DNA of 64,000 nt from an uncultured delta proteobacterium. GTDB lineage: Bacteria > Desulfobacterota > Desulfobacteria > Desulfobacterales > QNYZ01. Every line of letters begins with the position of its first letter. Position 1 is the first letter of the stretch. The DNA lies in NCBI GenBank assembly GCA_963845145.1, contig CAWJQU010000002.1, forward strand, positions 1-64,000, written 5' to 3'. Below are positions 31,696 to 40,899 of the stretch, one piece after another. A program made the translations under genes and the position numbers. Under the pieces are notes generated by a model. That model had not been told where the DNA came from. It ran no database searches and saw only the letters and a program-made list of their open reading frames with translations.

Positions 31696-33141
31696 TTATC
31701 CGAATATTGACTGGAGCCGTTTTCCAATGAGAAAATCCAGCTTGGCCCGAAAAGTCGCGTGATCACTTAAGGCCTTAAGGTAATTCCCATTGATAAAAGA
31801 CTCCATCAACTGCGCCTCTATCACATCTTTGGTCTCGGCCAATTCATTCTGATATGCACGGATATTCAGCTCTCGGTTTTCCAAAGCCGCACCCATCGCC
31901 GCCCGGATTGCCAATACTTGGCCCTGAGACCGGCCTATTTGCATAAGGGCGTCTTTGATCATCAGTGCCAACCCTTCCCGGAAGAGGACGCTCTCGTGCT
32001 GTCGTTTTTCAAAACGCATTTTTGCTTCCTTAACAGCATTCACCGTTCGAAAACCGTCAAAAATCGGTAGGCTTAAGTTAAGCCCTAATGACCAGGCGTT
32101 GACATTTTCTTCCGTCACCCTGCCCTTGTCATAAGAATTTTCGATGTGGCTCAAATTGCCAAGAAGGGCGACCACCGGAAAGTGTCCGCTTCGTGCCTTT
32201 TTCACACCCGCCTCGGCCGCTTTGAGCGCCAATTCCAGTTTTTCCCAGTCGGGGTTAAACTGATATGCATTGGAAATCAGTTTCTCCAAATCCCCTTGAA
32301 TCGGCTGAAAAGGGATCTCTTTTTCAGCCGGCACCAAGTTCATGCGCCAATCCAATCCCATGGTGGTTGTAAGGGCTGCTCGAGCCAGCGCTTCGTTAGA
32401 GGAGATCGCTTCAAGCATCGATTGTAAGGTCGATACGATGACCTTGGTACGCAAATAGTCTGTTTTTTTAACGGTTCCACTGCCGGTCTGGTAAAGTCGC
32501 TCGGTTAAATCAAGGGTCACCTGGAAGCGATCAAGTGTCTGCTGGCCTATGGTTTGAAGCTTTTTGGCGAGAATCGCCCCATAATACATCCGTTTAACAT
32601 CGAATATAACCTGCAGATCGGTCCGTCGGGCAGATGCCTTGGCAACTTGAACACCGATTTTAGCCTGTTTGGAAATAGCGCTCCGCCTTCCGCCGGTATA
32701 GAGGGGATAAATGAGTTCAAAAGAGCCGAAAATCGAATCCCTGTCCATCAATTTAACATCTTTTTCGGGGACATGTACCTGAACGTTCATGGGAACCGGG
32801 GCTAAGCCTTGAATAGTATATGAAGAATTTTCCTCGGGAAAAATATAGTTCGGGTTTTCATCCATTCGATGTGCCAAAATATTGACGTTCATTTTAGGCC
32901 AGTAGGATGACAACGCCTGCCGATACTGTGCTTCGGCAATGGCAACTGCGGTCTGAGACACCCGGCGCGAGCGATTGTTTTCAAGGGCCATCTCCAGGCA
33001 TTCCGACAAAGAGAGGGATAATAAATCCGGATTGCCCGTTTTTGGTTGCGACTGGGCGGTATGAATATTCAAACCCAACATTTGGATTCCAGTTACAAAA
33101 ATGAATGCTAGCAAAAAACGGGATTTAAAAACATATGTCAT
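31696..33141 (-). CDS. TolC-family outer-membrane protein
   Basis: LSLSECLEMALENN, two OEP repeats (PLYTGG; LPIFDGF). Start moved to MTYVFK because the longer start would coincide with the predicted transcription start. Confidence 0.88.
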   Translation of the reverse strand: MTYVFKSRFLLAFIFVTGIQMLGLNIHTAQSQPKTGNPDLLSLSLSECLEMALENNRSRRVSQTAVAIAEAQYRQALSSYWPKMNVNILAHRMDENPNYIFPEENSSYTIQGLAPVPMNVQVHVPEKDVKLMDRDSIFGSFELIYPLYTGGRRSAISKQAKIGVQVAKASARRTDLQVIFDVKRMYYGAILAKKLQTIGQQTLDRFQVTLDLTERLYQTGSGTVKKTDYLRTKVIVSTLQSMLEAISSNEALARAALTTTMGLDWRMNLVPAEKEIPFQPIQGDLEKLISNAYQFNPDWEKLELALKAAEAGVKKARSGHFPVVALLGNLSHIENSYDKGRVTEENVNAWSLGLNLSLPIFDGFRTVNAVKEAKMRFEKRQHESVLFREGLALMIKDALMQIGRSQGQVLAIRAAMGAALENRELNIRAYQNELAETKDVIEAQLMESFINGNYLKALSDHATFRAKLDFLIGKRLQSIFG

Positions 33142-33222
33142 GTTTCTCAGCCTCTTTTTAAAATTTATCGAATTTCCAGATAAAAATATGGTTAAGTTAA
33201 GCCCATATTCCATGGGAAATTA

Positions 33223-33238
33223 TGCAAAGGTTATGCCG
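33223..33238 (-). promoter_or_regulatory. Putative sigma54 (-24/-12) promoter of the tolC operon
   Basis: Minus strand CGGCATAACCTTTGCA: GG-N10-GC spacing and TTGCA -12 box. Confidence 0.72.
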
Positions 33239-33511
33239 CCTTTTGAAATCCACACGTTTCGTTTCGTTGAAAGGATGGAAGGTGCGATGGGACAGACGTA
33301 GGCCGCGAAGCATCAATACTTGACACGGGTTTGTTCAAAAGCTATCGTAGAGGAAATTATATCAACGTTAACGCCCCGTAAATTTATGAAAAAGTGACGT
33401 ACGCGTCATATAGCTTGACCCAAACCAAGGCCCAGGGGCTGTTGGCCGTTCCAGCATGACGATCCGTATCCGATAATAATTAGTGCCTCAAAACTTGTCG
33501 TCGCAAAGCCG

Positions 33512-35530
33512 ATGAATCGAATAAAACATTTCGCAACCGATTTTATTTCCAGCGGGTATCGAAATAGCCTCGATGCTGAGTCGTTGCGAAAAATTATCCT
33601 GATGAACATCGTTTGCTTTACCGGGATTATCTTTCTGATTCCCATGGGCGGCCTGGCATTTTTCCAAAATAATACCACGCTGGGTCTGTTTGATTTCGTT
33701 GTGGCCGGGATTTTGCTCTTCAATTTGGGTTTTCTACGCACCACCGGCAATTATACCCTTGTTAGCTATTTTGGTATCGTGTCGGCCATGCTGCTATTTA
33801 TTTATCTACTACTCACCGGCGGTGTGAACAATTCGGCCTTTGTCTGGTATTATACATTCCCACTGTTTGCGATGTTTTTACTGGGAATCGCCAGGGGCAC
33901 CATAGCCAGTCTCATTTTACTCGTTGTCGCACTATTTTTTTTTATCGTTGACCCTAAAGGCCCTTTTTTTGCTGCCTATCCAGTTGATCTCAAGATACGA
34001 TTCATCCCCTCCTATGTGGTCGTTATCGCCTATTCATACCTGTTCGAGTTCATGCGCGCCAGGGCCCATCAAAAACTTGTTTCCAAAAATATGGAGCTGA
34101 ATAATACCGTTGATGAGCTGGAACGAACCCGGGAATCACTCGAAAGCGCGCAACAAAACCTGGAATTGAAAGTTGAAAAGCGTACGGCCGACCTGGAAAG
34201 AGCCAATGCGGAACTGCATGCGGAAATCGCTGAAAGACGCCGCGCAGAACGGGAGTTGCATGCGTCCAATGAACGATTTATTACCGTTTTAAATAGCATT
34301 GACGCCAATATTTATGCCGTTGATTTACGAACATATGAAATTTTGTTTATCAATCGAAAAATGGCCCAAACATTCGGTGGGGATATCGTCGGACAAATGT
34401 GCTGGCGCGCTGTTCGCAACAACAACGAAATCTGCGACGATTGTCCCAATGCCAAGCTTTTCGATCCAGACGGACGATCGGCCGGGGTACATGTTTGGGA
34501 ATATCATAATTCCAAGACGAAGAAGTGGTACATCAATTCAGACCGTGCCATTCGCTGGACGGACGGCCGTTGGGTAAAAATTCAGGTTAGTATGGATGTG
34601 ACCGATCGCAAACATGCCGAAAAAGCCATGGCCAAACTAAATGCGGAGCTGGAACGAAAGGTTGCTGAACGTACCTGGCAGACCACCTTGATGAATAGAG
34701 AGCTACGGGTGGAAATCGGAGATCGCAAAATAGCGGAAAAAGAGTTGAAGATCGCCAAGCAGATAGCGGATCGTTCCAACCAGGCCAAAAGCGAGTTTTT
34801 GGCCAATATGAGCCATGAACTGCGCACACCGCTGAACCACATCATCGGCTTTACCGAGTTAATTGTGGATAAGCATTTCGGTGGTTTGACCCCTACCCAG
34901 GAAGAGTATCTCAATGATGTGATTCAAAGCAGTCATCACTTGCTGTCCTTGATAAACGACATTCTGGACATATCCAAGATTGAAGCCAAAAAGATGACCC
35001 TAAACAAGTCCGAAGTCGATATAAAACAACTTCTGTCAACGAGCCTTAACATGATCAAGGAAAAGGCTCAGAAACACGGCATTCATCTTTCTTTAGCGGT
35101 TGATACTATCCCCGAATTTATTCAAGCGGATGAAAGAAGACTTAAACAGATCGTATACAACCTGCTATCCAATGCGGTTAAATTTACACCCGATGGTGGT
35201 CAAATAAAGATCCTGGCAGACCGCGTCAATTCGCATCAAAAGCTATCGCTTCAACATCAATCGTTATTAAAGCAGATGGGGCAAGATACCTTCAAAGACG
35301 CTATTCTGATTACCGTTTCGGACTCCGGCATCGGCATTGCGCAGCAAGATTTGAAACGAATCTTTCTCCCGTTCGAGCAGGTAGAATCGAGTTCCAACCG
35401 AAGGTTTCAGGGAACCGGCCTGGGATTGCCCCTGACTCGAGAGCTTGTTGAACTCCACGGTGGGAACCTTTTTGCCGACAGCAAGGGAGAAGGCCAAGGC
35501 GCCGTTTTCATGTTTACCGTCCCAATTTGA
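33512..35530 (+). CDS. Multi-TM sensor histidine kinase with Cys-containing PAS domain
   Basis: About 6 TMs, coiled coils, PAS with MCW...[31 protein letters not shown]. Confidence 0.92.
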   Translation: MNRIKHFATDFISSGYRNSLDAESLRKIILMNIVCFTGIIFLIPMGGLAFFQNNTTLGLFDFVVAGILLFNLGFLRTTGNYTLVSYFGIVSAMLLFIYLLLTGGVNNSAFVWYYTFPLFAMFLLGIARGTIASLILLVVALFFFIVDPKGPFFAAYPVDLKIRFIPSYVVVIAYSYLFEFMRARAHQKLVSKNMELNNTVDELERTRESLESAQQNLELKVEKRTADLERANAELHAEIAERRRAERELHASNERFITVLNSIDANIYAVDLRTYEILFINRKMAQTFGGDIVGQMCWRAVRNNNEICDDCPNAKLFDPDGRSAGVHVWEYHNSKTKKWYINSDRAIRWTDGRWVKIQVSMDVTDRKHAEKAMAKLNAELERKVAERTWQTTLMNRELRVEIGDRKIAEKELKIAKQIADRSNQAKSEFLANMSHELRTPLNHIIGFTELIVDKHFGGLTPTQEEYLNDVIQSSHHLLSLINDILDISKIEAKKMTLNKSEVDIKQLLSTSLNMIKEKAQKHGIHLSLAVDTIPEFIQADERRLKQIVYNLLSNAVKFTPDGGQIKILADRVNSHQKLSLQHQSLLKQMGQDTFKDAILITVSDSGIGIAQQDLKRIFLPFEQVESSSNRRFQGTGLGLPLTRELVELHGGNLFADSKGEGQGAVFMFTVPI

Positions 35531-35858
35531 TGCCGTTTTTGTTATCTTCAACCATATACCAGCCGGTTCTTTGAAGGAACAGAACCATTTCCAACCGCCT
35601 TCGACTCACGGTGAAAGATGTCAATAGGTGTCCCTTCTATAATCTGTCCCGCTATACCCTAAAGATACACGCAAACCTTGTTTTCAGTCACACAATTGTT
35701 ATGTTAACCGATATTGACAATCGTGGTTTGATGCAATTTCAATGGCTGTAAGATATGAAGTCGTTAAGCAGAGGCAAGATAACTGCTTTCCCGGTTAATC
35801 ACCACTATGAGAAATAGACATTGATATAATTTTTTAAAATGCAAATAAGGCGGATAAA

Positions 35859-36080
35859 ATGCAAAATCATGATGTGACTGTTTTCAGCCCCTACGCTTTC
35901 ACCTTGGGGCAAAAAATCTATATTGATGAAGGCCGTCGAAAAGGTGACTGGGAAGTGGTGGCTTTCGATGATTTGAAAGTAAAGCTTAAGTGCCCAATTT
36001 CCAAAAAGGAGTTTGAATTCAATCGCTTTTGTTATTTGGTAAAGGACGAAAAGGGCGTTCCATGGCCTCGTAAGGATTAA
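35859..36080 (+). CDS. Small hypothetical protein (73 aa)
   Basis: ORF with upstream AAGGCGG; SH3-like pattern GQKIYI..G.RKGDWEVV; fills the intergenic gap. Confidence 0.65.
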   Translation: MQNHDVTVFSPYAFTLGQKIYIDEGRRKGDWEVVAFDDLKVKLKCPISKKEFEFNRFCYLVKDEKGVPWPRKD

Positions 36081-36116
36081 TAGCGGCGACGAAAACCAGG
36101 GACTCGAAGGCCTTGT

Positions 36117-36581
36117 TTAAATGGCCTCCATGGTCATTTCGTCCGTAATATCGATACATCCGATCACACTTTGGGCCGCCGGGCACTTGACGAGATATTC
36201 CCCCAGGGCCTGCCTCACATCCGGTTGTTTCTCCGATTCGACCTTAAGCGCGTAATGGACGTTGATCCGGGTGATTTTAAGGACACCTGCCACGGCTTCA
36301 ATATCACCGGTAACGGTAGCGCGGAATCGATCTTGAAATGTCCGGATCTTCTTTTTGGCCAACACCGTGGCCAATGTTCCCATCATTCACCCACCCACGG
36401 CGCCAACGATATGGTCCAGGGTGGCAGCATGCTCTTCTTCCGGGTCCACCTTATAAAATTTCTTGATGCCGCCATGCACGCCATAAAAAACCGGTTTATC
36501 AAACCCCTTAATTTCTGCTCGCCGGGTGGGACCTTTCTCGCGGGTAATGGTGATATGGGATTGATGAATGACTTTGCCCAT
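36117..36581 (-). CDS. OsmC-like protein with in-frame TGA, probable selenoprotein (154 aa)
   Basis: ORFs 36387-36581 and 36117-36386 are contiguous and in frame: LDHIVGAVGG-TGA-MMGTL. TGA falls at the first catalytic Cys position of OsmC/Ohr proteins; second Cys in CPAAQSV; selB is in the window. Confidence 0.85.
36355..36374 (-). promoter_or_regulatory. Candidate bacterial SECIS hairpin
   Basis: TTGGCCA-CGGTGT-TGGCCAA starts 12 nt after the TGA; 7-bp stem with a G-containing apical loop. Confidence 0.65.
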
Positions 36582-36664
36582 GATGCTCTTCTCCTATATT
36601 CTTTTGGTGAATGTGGGGCTTCAAAGCTAGCCCGGTGTAAAATTAACCCAAGGCCTGGTTAAAA

Positions 36665-39608
36665 TCAGCGATTAAAATCAAACAACGTCAACTGTTTCCT
36701 TATTTTCTTTTCTTTACGTAATAATTCAACGGTAACCGTATCACCTGCGGTTGTGTAAAAAAGGGCGAATTTCAAATCGGCCAGACTTTCAATTTTTTGG
36801 TCGACAATTCGAACAATCATGTCGCCTTTTTTTAGACCGGCTTTACCGGCTGGGCTCTCTTCAACCACGCCAACAATATGCACCGTCTCACCTTTTGCTT
36901 CGATCGATATACCCAACAGCGGCGCTTTCTTTCCTTTTAGTGGTATGGTTTGCAATACGAAATCCGCGATCCCCGGCTGCAGGCTCTCATCCTGAATGAC
37001 GACCGCATTGGAAAAGCCGTTTCTTCGAAAAACACGTTGGGGGATACCGTATTTATATCTCAGATGCCCATTTCCGGCCAGAACAACCATGGATGTCCCC
37101 GGATTATGAGCAAGATAGCGATGGACGGATTCGGCCATAGTTTCATCCCACAAGATCTGGGCCTGCAAAAAAAAGTCGTAATTCTTTAGCTGATGCTGAC
37201 TGTCGTGCATCCCGAATATTTCATACAGATCCTGTTTGTAACGAGAATCGGTAAAATCCATTTCAGGTGGCAGCTGCGCTTCTTCTTCTTTCGTTAATTG
37301 ATGCTAACCCTTTTCTGGCGACCTTGCGGGAGATATCGCCGTCAATGTTCAAGGCAATCAGCGGAATTTTTTCTTTTTTAAGATAATCGATAATCGGTTT
37401 ATAAAGGTTATAATCAAACCGCCATTTATCGAAATAGAGTGAATCCCTTAAAAACATGCGCTCATCACTTCGGCCGGCTAAATAATCATCCACTGCCGCT
37501 TGATAAGGGGTCTGAAACATTTCCATGCCGACGGCTACCTTATTCCCAGCTTCATGCAGTTTTTTGATAATCATCAACTGGTTCATGTGGTGGGCATAAT
37601 TTTCATGCTGCTCACCCACATAGATAACCCGACGGGTCAGGAGCTCGGGGAAGATCTCTTCCAAGGTGGCAATATTGTCCGGCCGGACCGCTTTGGCTGC
37701 AGGCCGGGATAGCACGGGTATGCCCGAAGGTGTGTCTCTTTTTTCCTTTAAGGCTAATCTCCCTTCGTTAAAAACAAGTTTGTCATACTTACCGTAATGC
37801 GAAAGTTTTCGTCGGATAGCTTTAGCTTCAGCCGCGTTTTTCACATGCAGCAACATGATGACTTCGGCAGGATTATATGGGTTTTCAAACACCTGTAGTC
37901 GAACGCCGTCCTCATATTTCGGCTGTCGCCCAAAAAGCATATTGACCGTTGACAAATGGTATCCGGAGAGAATGACCGAATGATTTTTTATCTCGTCTAA
38001 GGTGACTTTTTCCGGCGATTGGAAAACGAGATCTTTATCACCCAAAGCCTGGAAAATGCGGCTGGTATTTCTCAGACTGATCCATCTCCCCAATGACCAG
38101 GAGTTTTTCCTTTCCCATGATTTTGGCCAGAACCGCCGGCGACTCCGAGAAATCCAAATGACGCATCAAATCATAATTTTCGTCAACGACGATTCGGATA
38201 GGGACTTCATCCAGCAATAGCCGGACCGTTTCCCGCGCCTGCGTCACTTCAACGAGGTGATCGGTTTTCGCACTGGGTGTCGTCACCGTTACCGGTATAA
38301 GCATGTCATAGGTTTTATTACCCTGAACGATGTCAAACCGGGCTGTTATCCGGCCCTGATCAACCGCAATCTCCGGGGCCTCTATGGTCAGGCTGGGAAT
38401 ATCGTCCCACGACAACCGTTGGGAAAAATAGGACGTCAGATCCGTGAGACTGGCCTTTTCAAAGGTGTTCTGAATATCCGCCCAAGAGGCTTTTTGAAAC
38501 CGATACGTTGTTAAAAAGTCGCGCCAACCGGAAAAAAAAACAGAATCGCCTACTTTCCGGCGCAATTCATGAAAGATCATGGCGCCTTTGCCATACCCAA
38601 TGGCACTTTCTGCCTTGTTCCGCCGCGAATGAAAATCCGTTAGCGGTATTTTATTCGATTCATTGACATAAGCGTCGTGGTTCACGAGAATCCGCTTACG
38701 ATACTCCGCGCCCTCTCCCTTTAGGTCGGCATAGTGGTGATCCGCCAGATAATTGGTGAGCCCCTCCGCCCAGTTTCCACTAACATGGATCAATGTAAAC
38801 AAAATTGCCGAACCATTGATGAAGAATTTCATGGCCCAGCGACGTCTGGGTTATAAACGGCAACCGCACCACTGCTTTACCCAATAAGGTGTAGGTGGGC
38901 ATGGAATATCCGGTTGGAAAAAGGTTTTCAGCAATGACAAACCGCCGATAAGGATATGCGCGTCAGCATCTGTTCATACATGGCCAGGTATCTTTTGGTA
39001 TAAGCCAGGTAGTCGTCGGCCAGGTCGGCATCTTCTTTGAAAAAAAAGGCTTTAATGGCGATCCCTTTGTATTGATCCTCCTTTAGCACGTAGTCTCGCG
39101 AAGCGGCCAGACTCAGGCCATCCACCGGGTGATCAAACTGAAACCGGAAAGTATCCGTCCGATCGTTTTTCCTCATAATTACGGATTCTGCTTCGGAAAT
39201 GGCCTGAAACCCTTTGGGTAAGGTCACTGTGAGGGAATAGTCAGCCAACCTATCGGGTTTGGGAAACCAGTTACCTGTTAAAAAGACATGTTGCAGGCTA
39301 ATGTAATTATGTATTGATGCATCAGCGGTTGTTTCAAAAGAAATCACCCGCTCGGTCCCCACAGGTATTTCCACATTCAAGGCCCCCCCCGTAGCGGCAA
39401 TGGCCTTACCATCCAATTGTAGCTCACGAATGTTTTTAAGGTCTAACGTTGAATTCAATGTATTCGTTGACGTTAGTCGGGCAACACCGATTATTTTTTT
39501 CTTTTCGGTATCCACCTGTACATCAAGCCCAAACTTCAGGTCTGCCGCCATAACGCCAATCGGCAGCCAAATGATCATAACAAGAATGAGACAATAGATA
39601 TGAAACAT
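36665..39608 (-). CDS. Secreted M1-family metallopeptidase-ChaN-like-PDZ fusion; at least 3 frameshifts
   Basis: Signal peptide; LGHEILHQWFGN read at ~38803-38838 plus NWAEGLT and YGKGAMIFH; VIYVGEQH, VGMEMF, QILWDETMA, LAGNGH (ChaN-like); SPAGKAGLKKGD (PDZ). Confidence 0.8.
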
Positions 39609-39760
39609 CCGATTCCCTTCCCCATATCGTTCGATAATGCTCTGGTTTTCGACCATTCAAATGATAAGCATGATTCTATCACTTGCAGCGGTAACGGCAC
39701 CCCCCCCCGCCTGTGGTGTCATAAATGGAGGTCCAAAAAGGGGGGCTTGGCGCCCGGTTT

Positions 39761-39808
39761 TTTTACTTGGGCTTTATTTTACTTGGGTTTTATTTTGCTT
39801 GGGCTAAA
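39761..39808. repeat. 16-bp tandem repeat, 3 copies
   Basis: ttttacttgggcttta / ttttacttgggtttta / ttttgcttgggctaaa. Confidence 0.8.
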
Positions 39809-39822
39809 TTGGTTCACGGGAC

Positions 39823-40476
39823 CTACCCCAGGCGGTAAATCTTGATAAGATTCTTCTGGTGATGCTCAAATGACCAGTGTTCATATTTGATGATACTGGC
39901 CGCGGCATTCTGATTACCCGCCTTGATAGAATCGAGGAAGCGTTCGTGCTCCCGTAGATTAACAAGCTCCCACTGCCGATCATAGATCATACGCGGAAAA
40001 TCAGTCAAACGCTGTTTTAGGGGTAAAAGAATATGGTTGAGCAGTATATTATTCGAAAGTGATAGAAAGATGCCGTGGAATTCCAAATTGAGTTCATAGT
40101 AGGTGTCGAACTGCTCGCCATCCAGGGTTTCTTTAAGACGAAAATTGATCGCTTCCAGTTTGCCGATATGGGAAGGTTTGATTTTATGAAATTCGGATAA
40201 TATAATTGATGATTCCAGCGAACCAATAACCTCGTAAGAGCTTTTAATATCCGCCAGTGTTAGTTTTTTAATCAACACGCCCCGCCTGGGCAAGATTTCA
40301 ATGAACTGCTCGGTTTCCAGCTGAATCAGGGCATCTCTTAAAGGTGCCCGGCTGATTTTGAGATTGTCGCAGATCTCCCTCTGGTCGATAAAGGAGCCCG
40401 GAATCAATGCTCCTTTCGCCAACTCTTCGCGCAGATAATGGTAAACTTTTTCCCGAAGCGTGCCGTTGGTTCCCAT
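39823..40476 (-). CDS. GntR-family regulator (FCD domain)
   Basis: LREKVYHYLREEL..G.L.PG, ISRAPLRDAL..L, PRRG, NLEFH, EH. Confidence 0.9.
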   Translation of the reverse strand: MGTNGTLREKVYHYLREELAKGALIPGSFIDQREICDNLKISRAPLRDALIQLETEQFIEILPRRGVLIKKLTLADIKSSYEVIGSLESSIILSEFHKIKPSHIGKLEAINFRLKETLDGEQFDTYYELNLEFHGIFLSLSNNILLNHILLPLKQRLTDFPRMIYDRQWELVNLREHERFLDSIKAGNQNAAASIIKYEHWSFEHHQKNLIKIYRLG

Positions 40477-40847
40477 AAATAATTTCCCTTTTCCAAAACC
40501 GAGGCTAACCAGAACACGATATTTTGTCAAATGGTTGATAACGTTCAATATGGTGCCGATTCTATCTGCCGATTCTATTGGAGGCACATTAATCCAGTAT
40601 CGATTGGGAGCGCTTCAATCCGCTTGTTTCTCAACAACCATCGCATCAGACAAAACATTTAAGTCAACATATTTGATTGACAAGCCTCATCTTATATATT
40701 AGATGGAAAAAATTACTTGGCGAAAAATAACGATAACCGATTATAAATTTTGCTAACAATCCTTATTAATTATATTTTATAATATTTATATCATAATTTT
40801 AGATAAGGCGACATTTTAGAAAATTTTCAATTTATTGAGCCATAATA

Positions 40848-40869
40848 GCCATCTGATATATCTGATGGC
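40848..40869. promoter_or_regulatory. Palindromic operator candidate upstream of the GcvT-family gene
   Basis: GCCATCTGATATATCTGATGGC matches its reverse complement at 20/22; 30 bp before the ATG; divergent GntR gene. Confidence 0.6.
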
Positions 40870-40899
40870 ATTTCTAATCCAAATAATGGAGGGAGGAGC

